A stretch of 64,000 nt of DNA from contig CAWJDT010000004.1 in the NCBI GenBank assembly GCA_963841735.1, forward strand, positions 192,001-256,000. Direction: 5' to 3'. Made by a program: the position numbers and the translations under genes. This document shows positions 9,356-17,794 of the stretch, piece by piece; the first letter of the stretch is position 1, and every line of letters starts with the position of its first letter. The stretch comes from an uncultured Actinomycetes bacterium (GTDB taxonomy: Bacteria > Actinomycetota > Thermoleophilia > RBG-16-64-13). The notes under the pieces were generated by a model, which saw only the letters and a list, made by a program, of their open reading frames with translations, searched no databases and had not been told where the DNA came from.

Positions 9356-11083
9356 ATGCAGACCGCCAGAGAGGAGAATCTGCAGCGCAAGTTGTCGGGC
9401 AAACGCACCGGCGAAGTGCTCGTGGAGATGGGCATCCTCACGCAGGAACAGGTAGAGGAGGCTATCACCGAGCAGCGTGTTTCGCGGAAGCGCATCGGTG
9501 ACATCGCCCTTGAGAAGGGTTGGGTGACCAAGGGCATTCTCATGGAAGCTCTTGGACGCCGTCTGGGAGTGAAGCACCTCGACCTTGCCGGCACTCGTAT
9601 CGATCCGGTGACCGCCGACCTGATCTCCGAGCGAGACGCCCGTCGGTACGGCGCGATCCCGGTGAGCTTCGTTGATGATCATACCCTCTTGGTTGCGATG
9701 GCCGATCCATCCAATATCGTCGCCATCGACGACCTTAGGATCCTTACCGGCTTCGACATCGAACCCGCCATCGCCAGCGCCGAGGATATCCTCACCATGC
9801 TGGGCAACATGCGGGGATCTCAAGACCAGATAACAGAGAACTTGGAAGAGAAGATCGATGGGGGTGACGACGAAGCAACCCCTGTCGAACTGCGCGACAT
9901 CCGAGAGCAGGTGGACGCAGCCCCCGTGGTCAAACTGGTCAACGGGATTATGGCTCGGGCGGCAGATGAAGGCGCGTCGGACATCCACTTCGAGCCTCAA
10001 GCCAAAGACCTGTTGATTCGTTTCAGGCACGACGGTGTGCTTCACGAGATCATGTCGGTCCCCAAGAGGCTTCAGCCTGGCATCATCTCGCGTCTCAAGA
10101 TCATGGCCGACTTGGATATTGCCGAACGGCGGGTTCCGCAGGACGGTCGTATCGGCCTAGTGGTTGGTGGACGGCCCATCGATATGCGCGTCGCATCTTT
10201 GCCCACCGTCTACGGCGAGAAGATAGTCATCAGGCTTCTCGACCGGTCGAACGTCATGCTGCGTCTGGAGCAACTGGGATTCTCCGACGTGGCCTTAAAC
10301 AGGTACACGCGGTCATACAAGAAGCCGTACGGCGCCATCCTGGTCACGGGACCGACCGGCTCAGGTAAATCCACCACCCTTTACGGCACACTGAACATCC
10401 TCAACACTCCCGACAAGAACATCATCACGGTAGAGGATCCCGTTGAATACCGGCTGTCAGGTATCAATCAGGTGCAAATCAACATGAAGGCGGGCCTTAC
10501 GTTCGCTTCCGGACTGAGGTCGATCCTGCGCTGCGACCCCGACATCATCATGGTGGGGGAGATCCGTGATAGGGAGACGGCCCTTATCGCAATCGAGTCG
10601 GCCCTCACCGGCCACTTGGTGTTGTCAACACTACACACCAACAATGCTCCCGGGGCGCTCTCCCGCCTAACTGAGATGGGAGTGGAGCCGTTTCTCTCGG
10701 CCTCAGCCGTCGACTGTGTCATAGCCCAGCGTCTTGTAAGGAAACTTTGTGAGTACTGTCGCGAAGCGTACCCGGCGACCCGCGAGATGCTGGAACGGCT
10801 TGCCTTCGGCACTGAGGCGATCGAGAAGTGGAAGGACATCACACTCTATCGACCAGCGGGATGCGCCCACTGCAACAGCACCGGCTACAAGGGCCGACTG
10901 GGCATCTACGAGGTCATGGCTGTGAGCGAGGCTATTGAGCGGCTCATTGTCGAGCGCAAAAGCGCCGATGAGATCATGAGGGTGGCGATCGCCGAGGGAA
11001 TGGTGTCACTACGCCAAGATGGACTCGAAAGGGTTCTGCAAGGGGTCACAAGCATTGAGGAGATATCTCGCGTTATCGTCTAG
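9356..11083 (+). CDS. pilB: Type IV pilus assembly ATPase
   Basis: MshEN-like N-terminus (RTGEVLVEMGILT, RIGDIALEKGWVT), ASDIHFEP, GPTGSGKST, EDPVEY, DPDIIMVGEIRD, tetracysteine motif. Confidence 0.96.
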   Translation: MQTAREENLQRKLSGKRTGEVLVEMGILTQEQVEEAITEQRVSRKRIGDIALEKGWVTKGILMEALGRRLGVKHLDLAGTRIDPVTADLISERDARRYGAIPVSFVDDHTLLVAMADPSNIVAIDDLRILTGFDIEPAIASAEDILTMLGNMRGSQDQITENLEEKIDGGDDEATPVELRDIREQVDAAPVVKLVNGIMARAADEGASDIHFEPQAKDLLIRFRHDGVLHEIMSVPKRLQPGIISRLKIMADLDIAERRVPQDGRIGLVVGGRPIDMRVASLPTVYGEKIVIRLLDRSNVMLRLEQLGFSDVALNRYTRSYKKPYGAILVTGPTGSGKSTTLYGTLNILNTPDKNIITVEDPVEYRLSGINQVQINMKAGLTFASGLRSILRCDPDIIMVGEIRDRETALIAIESALTGHLVLSTLHTNNAPGALSRLTEMGVEPFLSASAVDCVIAQRLVRKLCEYCREAYPATREMLERLAFGTEAIEKWKDITLYRPAGCAHCNSTGYKGRLGIYEVMAVSEAIERLIVERKSADEIMRVAIAEGMVSLRQDGLERVLQGVTSIEEISRVIV

Positions 11084-11124
11084 TGGCGGTCGCGTGGGCA
11101 CAGCAAAGGCAAGGGACGGCGGCA

Positions 11125-12189
11125 ATGGATATCAGTGACATCCTGAGGGAAGTCGTGGACCGAGATGCATCGGATCTGCATCTTTCTGTAGGATTACCCC
11201 CGGTAGCGCGCATCGACGGCCAGCTGCAAGCCCTCGACTATCCGGTTCTGGAACCCAACACCACCCGGGAGCTCATCTACGGCATCCTCACCGGAGACCA
11301 GAGGCAGAAGCTCGAGACGGACTGGGAGGTTGATCTCGCCTACTCGCTCTTCGGCGTGGCGCGCTTCCGTGTCAATGCTTTCTTCCAGCGGGGTACTTTG
11401 AGCGCGGCGTTCCGGCTGGTGCCCATCGAGATACGACCCGTCGACTCACTCGGTCTGCCGAAGGTTATTCATTCTTTTTGCCACAAGCCTAGGGGGTTCA
11501 TCATCGTGACCGGCCCGACCGGTTCTGGGAAGACGACAACCTTGGCGGCCATCATAGACGAGATCAACCAGACTCGGTCGCATCACATAGTCACCATCGA
11601 GGACCCAATCGAGTTCCTTCATCATCACAAGCGCTGCGTAGTCAACCAGCGAGAGTTGGGCACTGACACCAAGTCATTCCCGGCGGCTCTGCGCGCTGCG
11701 CTCCGCCAGGACCCGGACGTGGTGCTGATTGGCGAGATGCGCGACCAAGAGACCATACAGATTGCCTTGACGGCTGCCGAGACAGGGCACCTGGTCTTTG
11801 CAACCCTGCACACCCAGGACTGCCCGCAGTCCATCGACCGCATAATCGACGTATTCCCGCCGCACCAACAGGAGCAGATCAGGGTTCAGGTAGCAGCCAC
11901 GCTTGAAGGTGTTGTGTCACAACAACTGCTGGCCAAGGCGGGGGGCAAAGGACGAGTAGCTGCCTGCGAAGTTTTAGTCAGCACCCCCGCAGTAAGAAAC
12001 CTCATCCGCGAAGGCAAGACTCACCAGCTGTACACGGTGATGCAGACAGGAAGTCAGCACGGCATGCAGACCATGAACGCTGCCCTTGCCGATCATGTGC
12101 GCCATGGCCGCATCACCAAGGAACTGGCCCTGAGACGCACCATGGTGCCCGACGAGCTCGAACGGCTGCTGCTTGTGGGCGCGGCCTAG
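11125..12189 (+). CDS. pilT: Type IV pilus retraction ATPase (alternative GTG start at 11083)
   Basis: ASDLHLS, GPTGSGKTT, EDPIEF, LRQDPDVVLIGEMRD, AVRNLIRE, GMQTM. Confidence 0.96.
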   Translation: MDISDILREVVDRDASDLHLSVGLPPVARIDGQLQALDYPVLEPNTTRELIYGILTGDQRQKLETDWEVDLAYSLFGVARFRVNAFFQRGTLSAAFRLVPIEIRPVDSLGLPKVIHSFCHKPRGFIIVTGPTGSGKTTTLAAIIDEINQTRSHHIVTIEDPIEFLHHHKRCVVNQRELGTDTKSFPAALRAALRQDPDVVLIGEMRDQETIQIALTAAETGHLVFATLHTQDCPQSIDRIIDVFPPHQQEQIRVQVAATLEGVVSQQLLAKAGGKGRVAACEVLVSTPAVRNLIREGKTHQLYTVMQTGSQHGMQTMNAALADHVRHGRITKELALRRTMVPDELERLLLVGAA

Positions 12190-12236
12190 TCAAGGCCGCC
12201 CCGAAGAGCGGGGGAGAGGACTCTTGGGTTGGTTGC

Positions 12237-12264
12237 TACAGCGCAGAGGGCTTATGGTCGATAA
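12237..12264 (+). promoter_or_regulatory. Sigma28/WhiG-like promoter upstream of pilC
   Basis: TACA-N16-GTCGATAA in the pilT-pilC intergenic region. Confidence 0.7.
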
Positions 12265-12318
12265 TCACTCCAGAGAGGGCCTTTACGCGAAGGCCGGCAC
12301 ATAGGGGAGACAGCAGAG

Positions 12319-13533
12319 ATGGCGACATATTCATATACTGCTAGACGAGATCGCGGAAGTCCGTTTAACGGTAAGGCCTCCGGAGATTCTAAAGCGGCTG
12401 TAGTCGCCGACCTTCGGCGCAAAGGTTTTACCGTCCTCAAGTTGCAGGAGAATCGCAGTTCTTTCGATCTGAAGACGCTCCTTGAGAACAGCACGAAGAT
12501 CAAGACGCGAGACAAGGCTGTATTCGCGCGGCAGTTTGCCACAATGATCAACTCTGGTCTTGCGGTGCTCAGGGCTCTCTACGTGCTTGAGGAGCAGACG
12601 GAAAACCCCCGATTCAAGAAGATCATTGCGGCGGTGCGTGCCGATGTGGAGTCGGGCATGCCGGTCTCCGATTCCATGGAACGACATCCTGCCGCTTTCG
12701 ACCGTCTCTATGTGTCAATGGTGCGTTCGGGCGAGGCCAGCGGCGCCCTCGATCAGTCGCTGGGGCGCCTGGCAACGCAGTTGGAGAAGGATGACAGCAT
12801 TCGCAGGACCATCAAGGCTGCCATGGCCTACCCGGTTCTCATCGCGTGCTTCGCGATCGTGGTCATGATCGCCATGCTGCTATTCATAATCCCGATCTTT
12901 GCAAAGATGTACGCGGATCTCGGTGGACAGTTGCCCTCTCTTACCAGACTGATGATGACTCTCAGCAACATGCTCAAGGGTTACTGGTTTATCGTTTTCC
13001 CCGGCATCGCGGGTGTCATCTGGGGAATCGCCCGCGTTAAGAAGAGCGAGCAGGGCAAGCGGACCTGGGACAGAATGAAACTGAAGCTCCCCATGAAGCT
13101 CGGACCGGTCATACAGAAGATCGCCGTCGCCAGATTCAGCCGGACGTTTGCTACTCTGGTGGGCTCCGGTGTGCCGATACTCCAGGCAATCGAGATCACC
13201 GGCAAGACATCAGGCAATTCTGTCATCGAGGAAGCCATGGTGCAGGTGCGAGAAAGCATCCGCACCGGAGAGTCCATTGCCAAGCCCTTGGGTCGCGTGA
13301 AGGTATTTCCTCCGATGGTCACTCACATGATCTCCATTGGTGAAGAGACAGGTGCACTGGACGCCATGCTCAACAAGGTGGCAGATTTCTATGAAGACGA
13401 AGTCGATGCCCAGATCAAGTCGCTCACTTCAATCATTGAGCCCATAATGATGCTGTTTGTCGGTGGTCTCGTCGGGGTCATCGTTATCTCCATGTATCTG
13501 CCCATGTTTAACATGATGAACCTGGTGAAGTAG
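12319..13533 (+). CDS. pilC: Type IV pilus platform protein (T2SSF family)
   Basis: FARQFATMINSG, GEASGAL, AMAYP, IGEETGALD, IIEP, MYLPMF. Confidence 0.96.
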   Translation: MATYSYTARRDRGSPFNGKASGDSKAAVVADLRRKGFTVLKLQENRSSFDLKTLLENSTKIKTRDKAVFARQFATMINSGLAVLRALYVLEEQTENPRFKKIIAAVRADVESGMPVSDSMERHPAAFDRLYVSMVRSGEASGALDQSLGRLATQLEKDDSIRRTIKAAMAYPVLIACFAIVVMIAMLLFIIPIFAKMYADLGGQLPSLTRLMMTLSNMLKGYWFIVFPGIAGVIWGIARVKKSEQGKRTWDRMKLKLPMKLGPVIQKIAVARFSRTFATLVGSGVPILQAIEITGKTSGNSVIEEAMVQVRESIRTGESIAKPLGRVKVFPPMVTHMISIGEETGALDAMLNKVADFYEDEVDAQIKSLTSIIEPIMMLFVGGLVGVIVISMYLPMFNMMNLVK

Positions 13534-13584
13534 CCAGCGAAGCCTTGACAGGTGGCGACAGCCCCTATGTGCGCACGATGCTCA

Positions 13585-13612
13585 ATGCACGATAATGTGC
13601 ATTATGTCAAGT
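13585..13612. other. dif site (XerC/XerD chromosome dimer resolution)
   Basis: ATGCACGATAA-TGTGCA-TTATGTCAAGT: 11-6-11 layout with an actinobacterial-type XerD arm; lies exactly where gene orientation flips from + to -. Confidence 0.88.
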
Positions 13613-13618
13613 AAGAGA

Positions 13619-14137
13619 TCAGACGTCGTATGTCAGCAGACTGAAGACTTCATGGCCCTTTAGCTTGTCTCTGCCCCCGAGCTCAGTGAGCTCGACAAGA
13701 AAGGCGAGGCCGGCCACGACACCGCCGGCCTCTTCGACCAGCTGTACCTTCGCTGCAGCCGTGCCGCCGGTAGCCAGTAGGTCATCGTGGATGAGCACGC
13801 GCTGACCGGGCTGGATAGCGTCTGCGTGTATCTCAAGAACATCGGTGCCGTACTCAAGATCGTACTCACAGCGACTTACCGCTCGGGGCAGCTTCCCAGG
13901 CTTGCGGGCGGCAGCGAAGCCTACGCCCAGCGCATACGCCAGGGCGGCCCCCAAGATGAAACCACGAGCCTCTGCGCCAAGAACCAGATCCACACCTTTG
14001 CCCCGTCCGAAGTCCGCCAAGCGGTCCACTGAATACCGCAGTGCAGAAGCGTCCTGCAATAGCGGCGTGATGTCATGAAACAGAATCCCTTCGCGCGGGA
14101 AGCCTGGGATGTGGCGGATATAGCTCTCGAGTTCCAT
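13619..14137 (-). CDS. apt: Adenine phosphoribosyltransferase
   Basis: IPGFPREGILFHDITPLL, EARGF, RKPGKLP, LEYG, DDLLATGGT; RBS AAGGAG before ATG 14137. Confidence 0.97.
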   Translation of the reverse strand: MELESYIRHIPGFPREGILFHDITPLLQDASALRYSVDRLADFGRGKGVDLVLGAEARGFILGAALAYALGVGFAAARKPGKLPRAVSRCEYDLEYGTDVLEIHADAIQPGQRVLIHDDLLATGGTAAAKVQLVEEAGGVVAGLAFLVELTELGGRDKLKGHEVFSLLTYDV

Positions 14138-14214
14138 CGTGCTCCTTGCAGCAGGTGATTCGCCGTTACGGCGCGGTCTTGAAGCCAAGAGCCATTGTAC
14201 GGCGGACGCCCTAC

Positions 14215-14961
14215 TTACAAAAGCCTACGCAGCTCTCGGTACAGCAACAGATGATTGAGCCGCGAAAAGAGGGAGCCGAGATCCTCAACCATCTGCACCC
14301 CATACTCCTTTTTGTCGGGATGAGTGGAGCGTAGTGAGGTCGTGGCTACTTGCTCCACCAGCCCCGCTTCCCTCTCGGCCGAAGAGCTTAGAAGACGCAG
14401 GTTACGTGGCTCCAAACGGAAACGCCCCAGCAGGTGACAGATGTGCACCGTCTCCAAGTCGCTGGCGGTGAACGCCGGGCCCGAATCGCTCGAGCGTTCT
14501 ACCAGACGGGACTCTTCCAAGCGCACAACAAATTCCTCGTCTACCCCAGCTGCCGCGCATACCTCTACCAGCGAGTACAGCGGCTCCTCGCGCCTCAGAG
14601 GCGCCGAAAAGGGGCCGGGTTCGCCGGTGGTGAGCAAGGGTCGTCCCGCGGTTAGAGCGGCCTTGTCTATGCGCTGCCGTATGACCTCCAAGGGCAGGTA
14701 CTCGTCACGCTGGAGAGAAAGCACCGTACGCAGAGTACGCAGATCGCCAGACGTGTAGCGGCGATAGCGTCCACTGGAGCGAACCGGCGAGACCAGCCCA
14801 CGCTGCTCCAGATAGCGAACCTTCGTTATGGTGAGGTCCGGAAACTCGCTCTGGAGGTCTCGCACTAGACGGCCGATGGTGAAGGTAGCTTCCGCGGCAG
14901 CCGGCGTTCCTTTTGTGCGCCTGGATGACGCTGACGTGCCGGGTGTGTCCATTACGGCCAC
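14215..14961 (-). CDS. MerR-family transcriptional regulator (FtsR/Rv1828-like)
   Basis: TIG...EFPDLTITKVRYLEQRGLVSPVRSSGRYRRY...LQRDEYLPLEVIR; follows an FHA gene as in the actinobacterial gcvH-garA-merR cluster. Confidence 0.88.
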   Translation of the reverse strand: MAVMDTPGTSASSRRTKGTPAAAEATFTIGRLVRDLQSEFPDLTITKVRYLEQRGLVSPVRSSGRYRRYTSGDLRTLRTVLSLQRDEYLPLEVIRQRIDKAALTAGRPLLTTGEPGPFSAPLRREEPLYSLVEVCAAAGVDEEFVVRLEESRLVERSSDSGPAFTASDLETVHICHLLGRFRLEPRNLRLLSSSAEREAGLVEQVATTSLRSTHPDKKEYGVQMVEDLGSLFSRLNHLLLYRELRRLL

Positions 14962-15435
14962 TCACACCCCTTCGGGACGATGCAGAAACTCCAACTTGAA
15001 CTTACCAATCTGCAGCTCGTCGCCATCCATGAGCTGATGTCGCTCGATGCGTTTCCGGTTGACATAGGTGCCGTTCAAGCTGTTGAGGTCCTCCACGAGG
15101 AAGCCGTCGGCATCGACCATTACGCGCGCATGGTGCCTGGATACCGTGACATCGTCAAGAAAGAGGTCGTTCTGCGGACTCCGCCCCACAGTGAAGGCGT
15201 CGCCCAGCAGAGGGGTGATCTCCCCCTCCCTGTCGCCGCCGGAGCGGATGATTAGAAAGGTCCCCGATGTCAGATGGGCGAGATCACGTCTGAGGGAGCC
15301 GGTGTCCTCGCGCTCGCCTAGGGCGAATGCCAGAGTCGTCTCCGCGGCCTCAGGCGGCAACAGGCGGGCGCCACACCGCCGGCAGAAACACGAGTCCCCT
15401 GTGTTATCCACCGCGCAACTAAGGCATTTGATCAT
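14962..15435 (-). CDS. Zinc-ribbon plus FHA-domain protein (GarA/OdhI-like)
   Basis: CxxC...FCRRCG, ETT phospho-acceptor-like motif, GRSP..DLFLDDVTVSRHHA, DLNSLNGTYVN, GDELQIGKFKL. Confidence 0.9.
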   Translation of the reverse strand: MIKCLSCAVDNTGDSCFCRRCGARLLPPEAAETTLAFALGEREDTGSLRRDLAHLTSGTFLIIRSGGDREGEITPLLGDAFTVGRSPQNDLFLDDVTVSRHHARVMVDADGFLVEDLNSLNGTYVNRKRIERHQLMDGDELQIGKFKLEFLHRPEGV

Positions 15436-15450
15436 TGCTGTAACTCCCCC

Positions 15451-15756
15451 CTATTTCGGCTCACACTCGGATCCACCAGATTTGGTGGCCGAGCGATAAG
15501 TCGCAAACTGCTCGCTAATCTCATGCTCGATCGCCTTGATCACCGCGGGGTTTTGAAGTATCTGCGCCCTACCGACTTCGCTGGTGTGCTCCAGAAGGTA
15601 CCCGTCACTCATGACGTCGTCCACATGTCTGCCCAGACAGACCTGTCTGACGATGTAACGGATGACCCTCTCCCCTCGCACGTCCACCGACAGGTCACGG
15701 AAGCGTTGTTCTATCCTCCGTGCTACAGGTGCTACGTCTTCGCCCACGCGGACCAC
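15451..15756 (-). CDS. Hypothetical protein (start uncertain, GTG at 15756 or 15747)
   Basis: Open frame filling the gap between the rsiG-like and FHA genes, coupled to the upstream stop. Confidence 0.6.
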   Translation of the reverse strand: MVRVGEDVAPVARRIEQRFRDLSVDVRGERVIRYIVRQVCLGRHVDDVMSDGYLLEHTSEVGRAQILQNPAVIKAIEHEISEQFATYRSATKSGGSECEPK

Positions 15757-16031
15757 TACTCCTTCGGCGGCTCCCCATACCCCCCGTGTCCACAAAGAAT
15801 CTCACTGAGCAGTGCCACGTCGCCGTCTTGCACGAGGCCCTTGCCGCCACTACGTTTGTCGCGGAGTCTTCTTACCATCTCTGCTCTCACAATGTCCAGT
15901 TCCCCATGAAGCAATCGCCTACGCATAGAGACCTCTCGCTCTTGTTCGGAGAGTCGCGCGGCGAGCTCTTTGAGCTCCTCGTCGGAATAGGACTGGATGT
16001 TGATCAGACGCTCAAAAGAAGACTCTTCCAT
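15756..16031 (-). CDS. rsiG: RsiG-like anti-sigma factor with a single c-di-GMP-binding motif
   Basis: SDEEL...EREVSMRRRLLHGELDIVRAE matches ExxxSxxRxxx(Q/H)xxxD; 91 aa. Confidence 0.8.
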   Translation of the reverse strand: MEESSFERLINIQSYSDEELKELAARLSEQEREVSMRRRLLHGELDIVRAEMVRRLRDKRSGGKGLVQDGDVALLSEILCGHGGYGEPPKE

Positions 16032-16145
16032 AGCGGCCCCGCTTTCACAATAGCGGCATATATCGCAACCTTCAAGCTCAGGTTGAGAGCCACACCCTTT
16101 TCGTGACCCGTGTGGGCCACATCTCATGTTTCGCTTGAGAGCGCT

Positions 16146-16529
16146 CTACTCCTCCGCGGCAAGAAATTCGTTGTACTCATCTGCGGCGAGTAGTTCGTCC
16201 GCTTCGGCAGGCTCAGTGAGCCTCACCTTTATGAGCCAACCCTCACCGTAAGGGCTGTCGTTGATGAGCTCCGGAGCGTCCACGACCTCTTCGTTGACCT
16301 CGACGACCGAACCACTCAGGGGTGCATAGACGTCGGAGACGGCCTTCACTGACTCGACCTCGGCGTACGGCGTCCCAGCCAGAACCTCCGCGCCTACCTC
16401 CGGGAGTTCGATGAATACAATGTCACCGAGTGTCTCCTGGGCATAGTCGGTGAGACCGAATACCGCTGTCTCACCCTCGATGCGGGCCCAGTCGTGCTCC
16501 CTGTGGTATTTGAGGTTTTTTGGGTTCAC
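16146..16529 (-). CDS. gcvH: Glycine cleavage system H protein
   Basis: HDW, GLTDYAQETLGDIVF, VESVKAVSDVYAPLSG (lipoyl Lys), PELIN..PYGEGW. Confidence 0.97.
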   Translation of the reverse strand: MNPKNLKYHREHDWARIEGETAVFGLTDYAQETLGDIVFIELPEVGAEVLAGTPYAEVESVKAVSDVYAPLSGSVVEVNEEVVDAPELINDSPYGEGWLIKVRLTEPAEADELLAADEYNEFLAAEE

Positions 16530-16675
16530 ATGCGCTCCTTTCTCGCCATATCCGGCTGGCCGTCATGATATCACAGCGCTTTTTTGTGGCTAGGTGTCTT
16601 AAGGTGCGCGCACGGAGTCGGTGCCTTGTACCTTGTATACTGTCATGGCAACTAATGAGCCGAAGGAGGACCGCT

Positions 16676-17179
16676 GTGGCTCGACGCAGAGGACTCGTCA
16701 TAAGTGACGAACAGATGCAGATGATCGATGGGGTTCTCACCAAGTTACAGCACGTTACCGGCTCTAACTTCGTGGCGCTGATATCGACGAGTGGCCAGCC
16801 TATCACCATGGTGCCGCCAGACGCTGATTCGGACACGCTTTCGCTTGCCGCCTTGGCGGCGGGGTCGTTTGCCGCCACAAGGCAGCTCGCCCAAGTGCTT
16901 AAGGAGCGCGAGTTCACGTTGCTCTTCCATGAGGGCAAAGAATCCAACCTCCACGTCATGCAAGTGACCGAGCAAATCCTGATGCTCCTCACGTTCGGCC
17001 GCGAGACTCAGGTAGGCCGGGTGCGTCTATACACCTCCCGGGCCCTCGAGGTGCTCAAGCCTATTTTTGAACGTGCCGAAGATAACGAAGGGGACTCCAG
17101 GATGATGGACCCGGAATACTCTCTGGGAGTCGGGTCAGCGATAGACGATCTGTTTCCCGAAGAGGACAGCCCACAGTAG
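16676..17179 (+). CDS. mglB: Roadblock/LC7 protein, MglB-like GAP
   Basis: RBS AAGGAGG; [17 protein letters not shown]...EFTLLFHEGKESNLH...GRVRL; directly upstream of mglA. Confidence 0.88.
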   Translation: MARRRGLVISDEQMQMIDGVLTKLQHVTGSNFVALISTSGQPITMVPPDADSDTLSLAALAAGSFAATRQLAQVLKEREFTLLFHEGKESNLHVMQVTEQILMLLTFGRETQVGRVRLYTSRALEVLKPIFERAEDNEGDSRMMDPEYSLGVGSAIDDLFPEEDSPQ

Positions 17180-17193
17180 CAGGGGGCGCGCAA

Positions 17194-17778
17194 GTGGCAC
17201 TGATCAACTTAGCGGCACGAGAGATCAATTATAAGATCGTCTACTATGGCTGTGGCCTGTGCGGCAAGACCACGAACATTCAATACATACATCGCCGGGT
17301 CAACCCTGCGGCCCGGGGCCGTTTGGTCAGCATCGCCACCGAGGAAGAACGAACGCTGTATTTTGATTTTCTGCCCCTGTCGCTAGGCAGTGTCAAGGGG
17401 CTGCGCACCCGCTTTCATCTGTACACGGTTCCTGGGCAGTCGTTCTACAACGCTTCTCGAAAGCTGGTGCTCCAAGGAGTAGACGGGGTGGTTTTTGTCG
17501 CCGACAGTCAGATCTCTCGCTTGGACGAGAATGTCGACAGCTATCTCAACCTGTGGGACAACCTCATGTCTCTAGACGAGGAAGTATCCAATCTAGGCAT
17601 GGTTCTGCAGATGAACAAGCGGGATCTAGGTTCGATCTTCTCCGTGTCCGACCTTACCGAACTGCTCAACCACACCGGCTCACCGGTGCTGGAGGCCTGT
17701 GCGCTCACGGGGGTGGGTGTCTTCGAGACACTCAAGACGGTCTGCAAGCAGGTGATTGCAAAGAGTTCGCGTACCTGA
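17194..17778 (+). CDS. mglA: Small Ras-like GTPase MglA
   Basis: KIVYYGCGLCGKTTN, ERTLYFDFLP, LYTVPGQ, GVDGVVFVADS, NKRDL, GVFETLK. Confidence 0.95.
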   Translation: MALINLAAREINYKIVYYGCGLCGKTTNIQYIHRRVNPAARGRLVSIATEEERTLYFDFLPLSLGSVKGLRTRFHLYTVPGQSFYNASRKLVLQGVDGVVFVADSQISRLDENVDSYLNLWDNLMSLDEEVSNLGMVLQMNKRDLGSIFSVSDLTELLNHTGSPVLEACALTGVGVFETLKTVCKQVIAKSSRT

Positions 17779-17794
17779 CGGCGGGCCGCAGCGG

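Noticed and set aside
12190-12318. c-di-GMP riboswitch between pilT and pilC
   Set aside because: Only short hairpins; the GEMM-type two-stem signature is not evident, and the promoter motif explains the region
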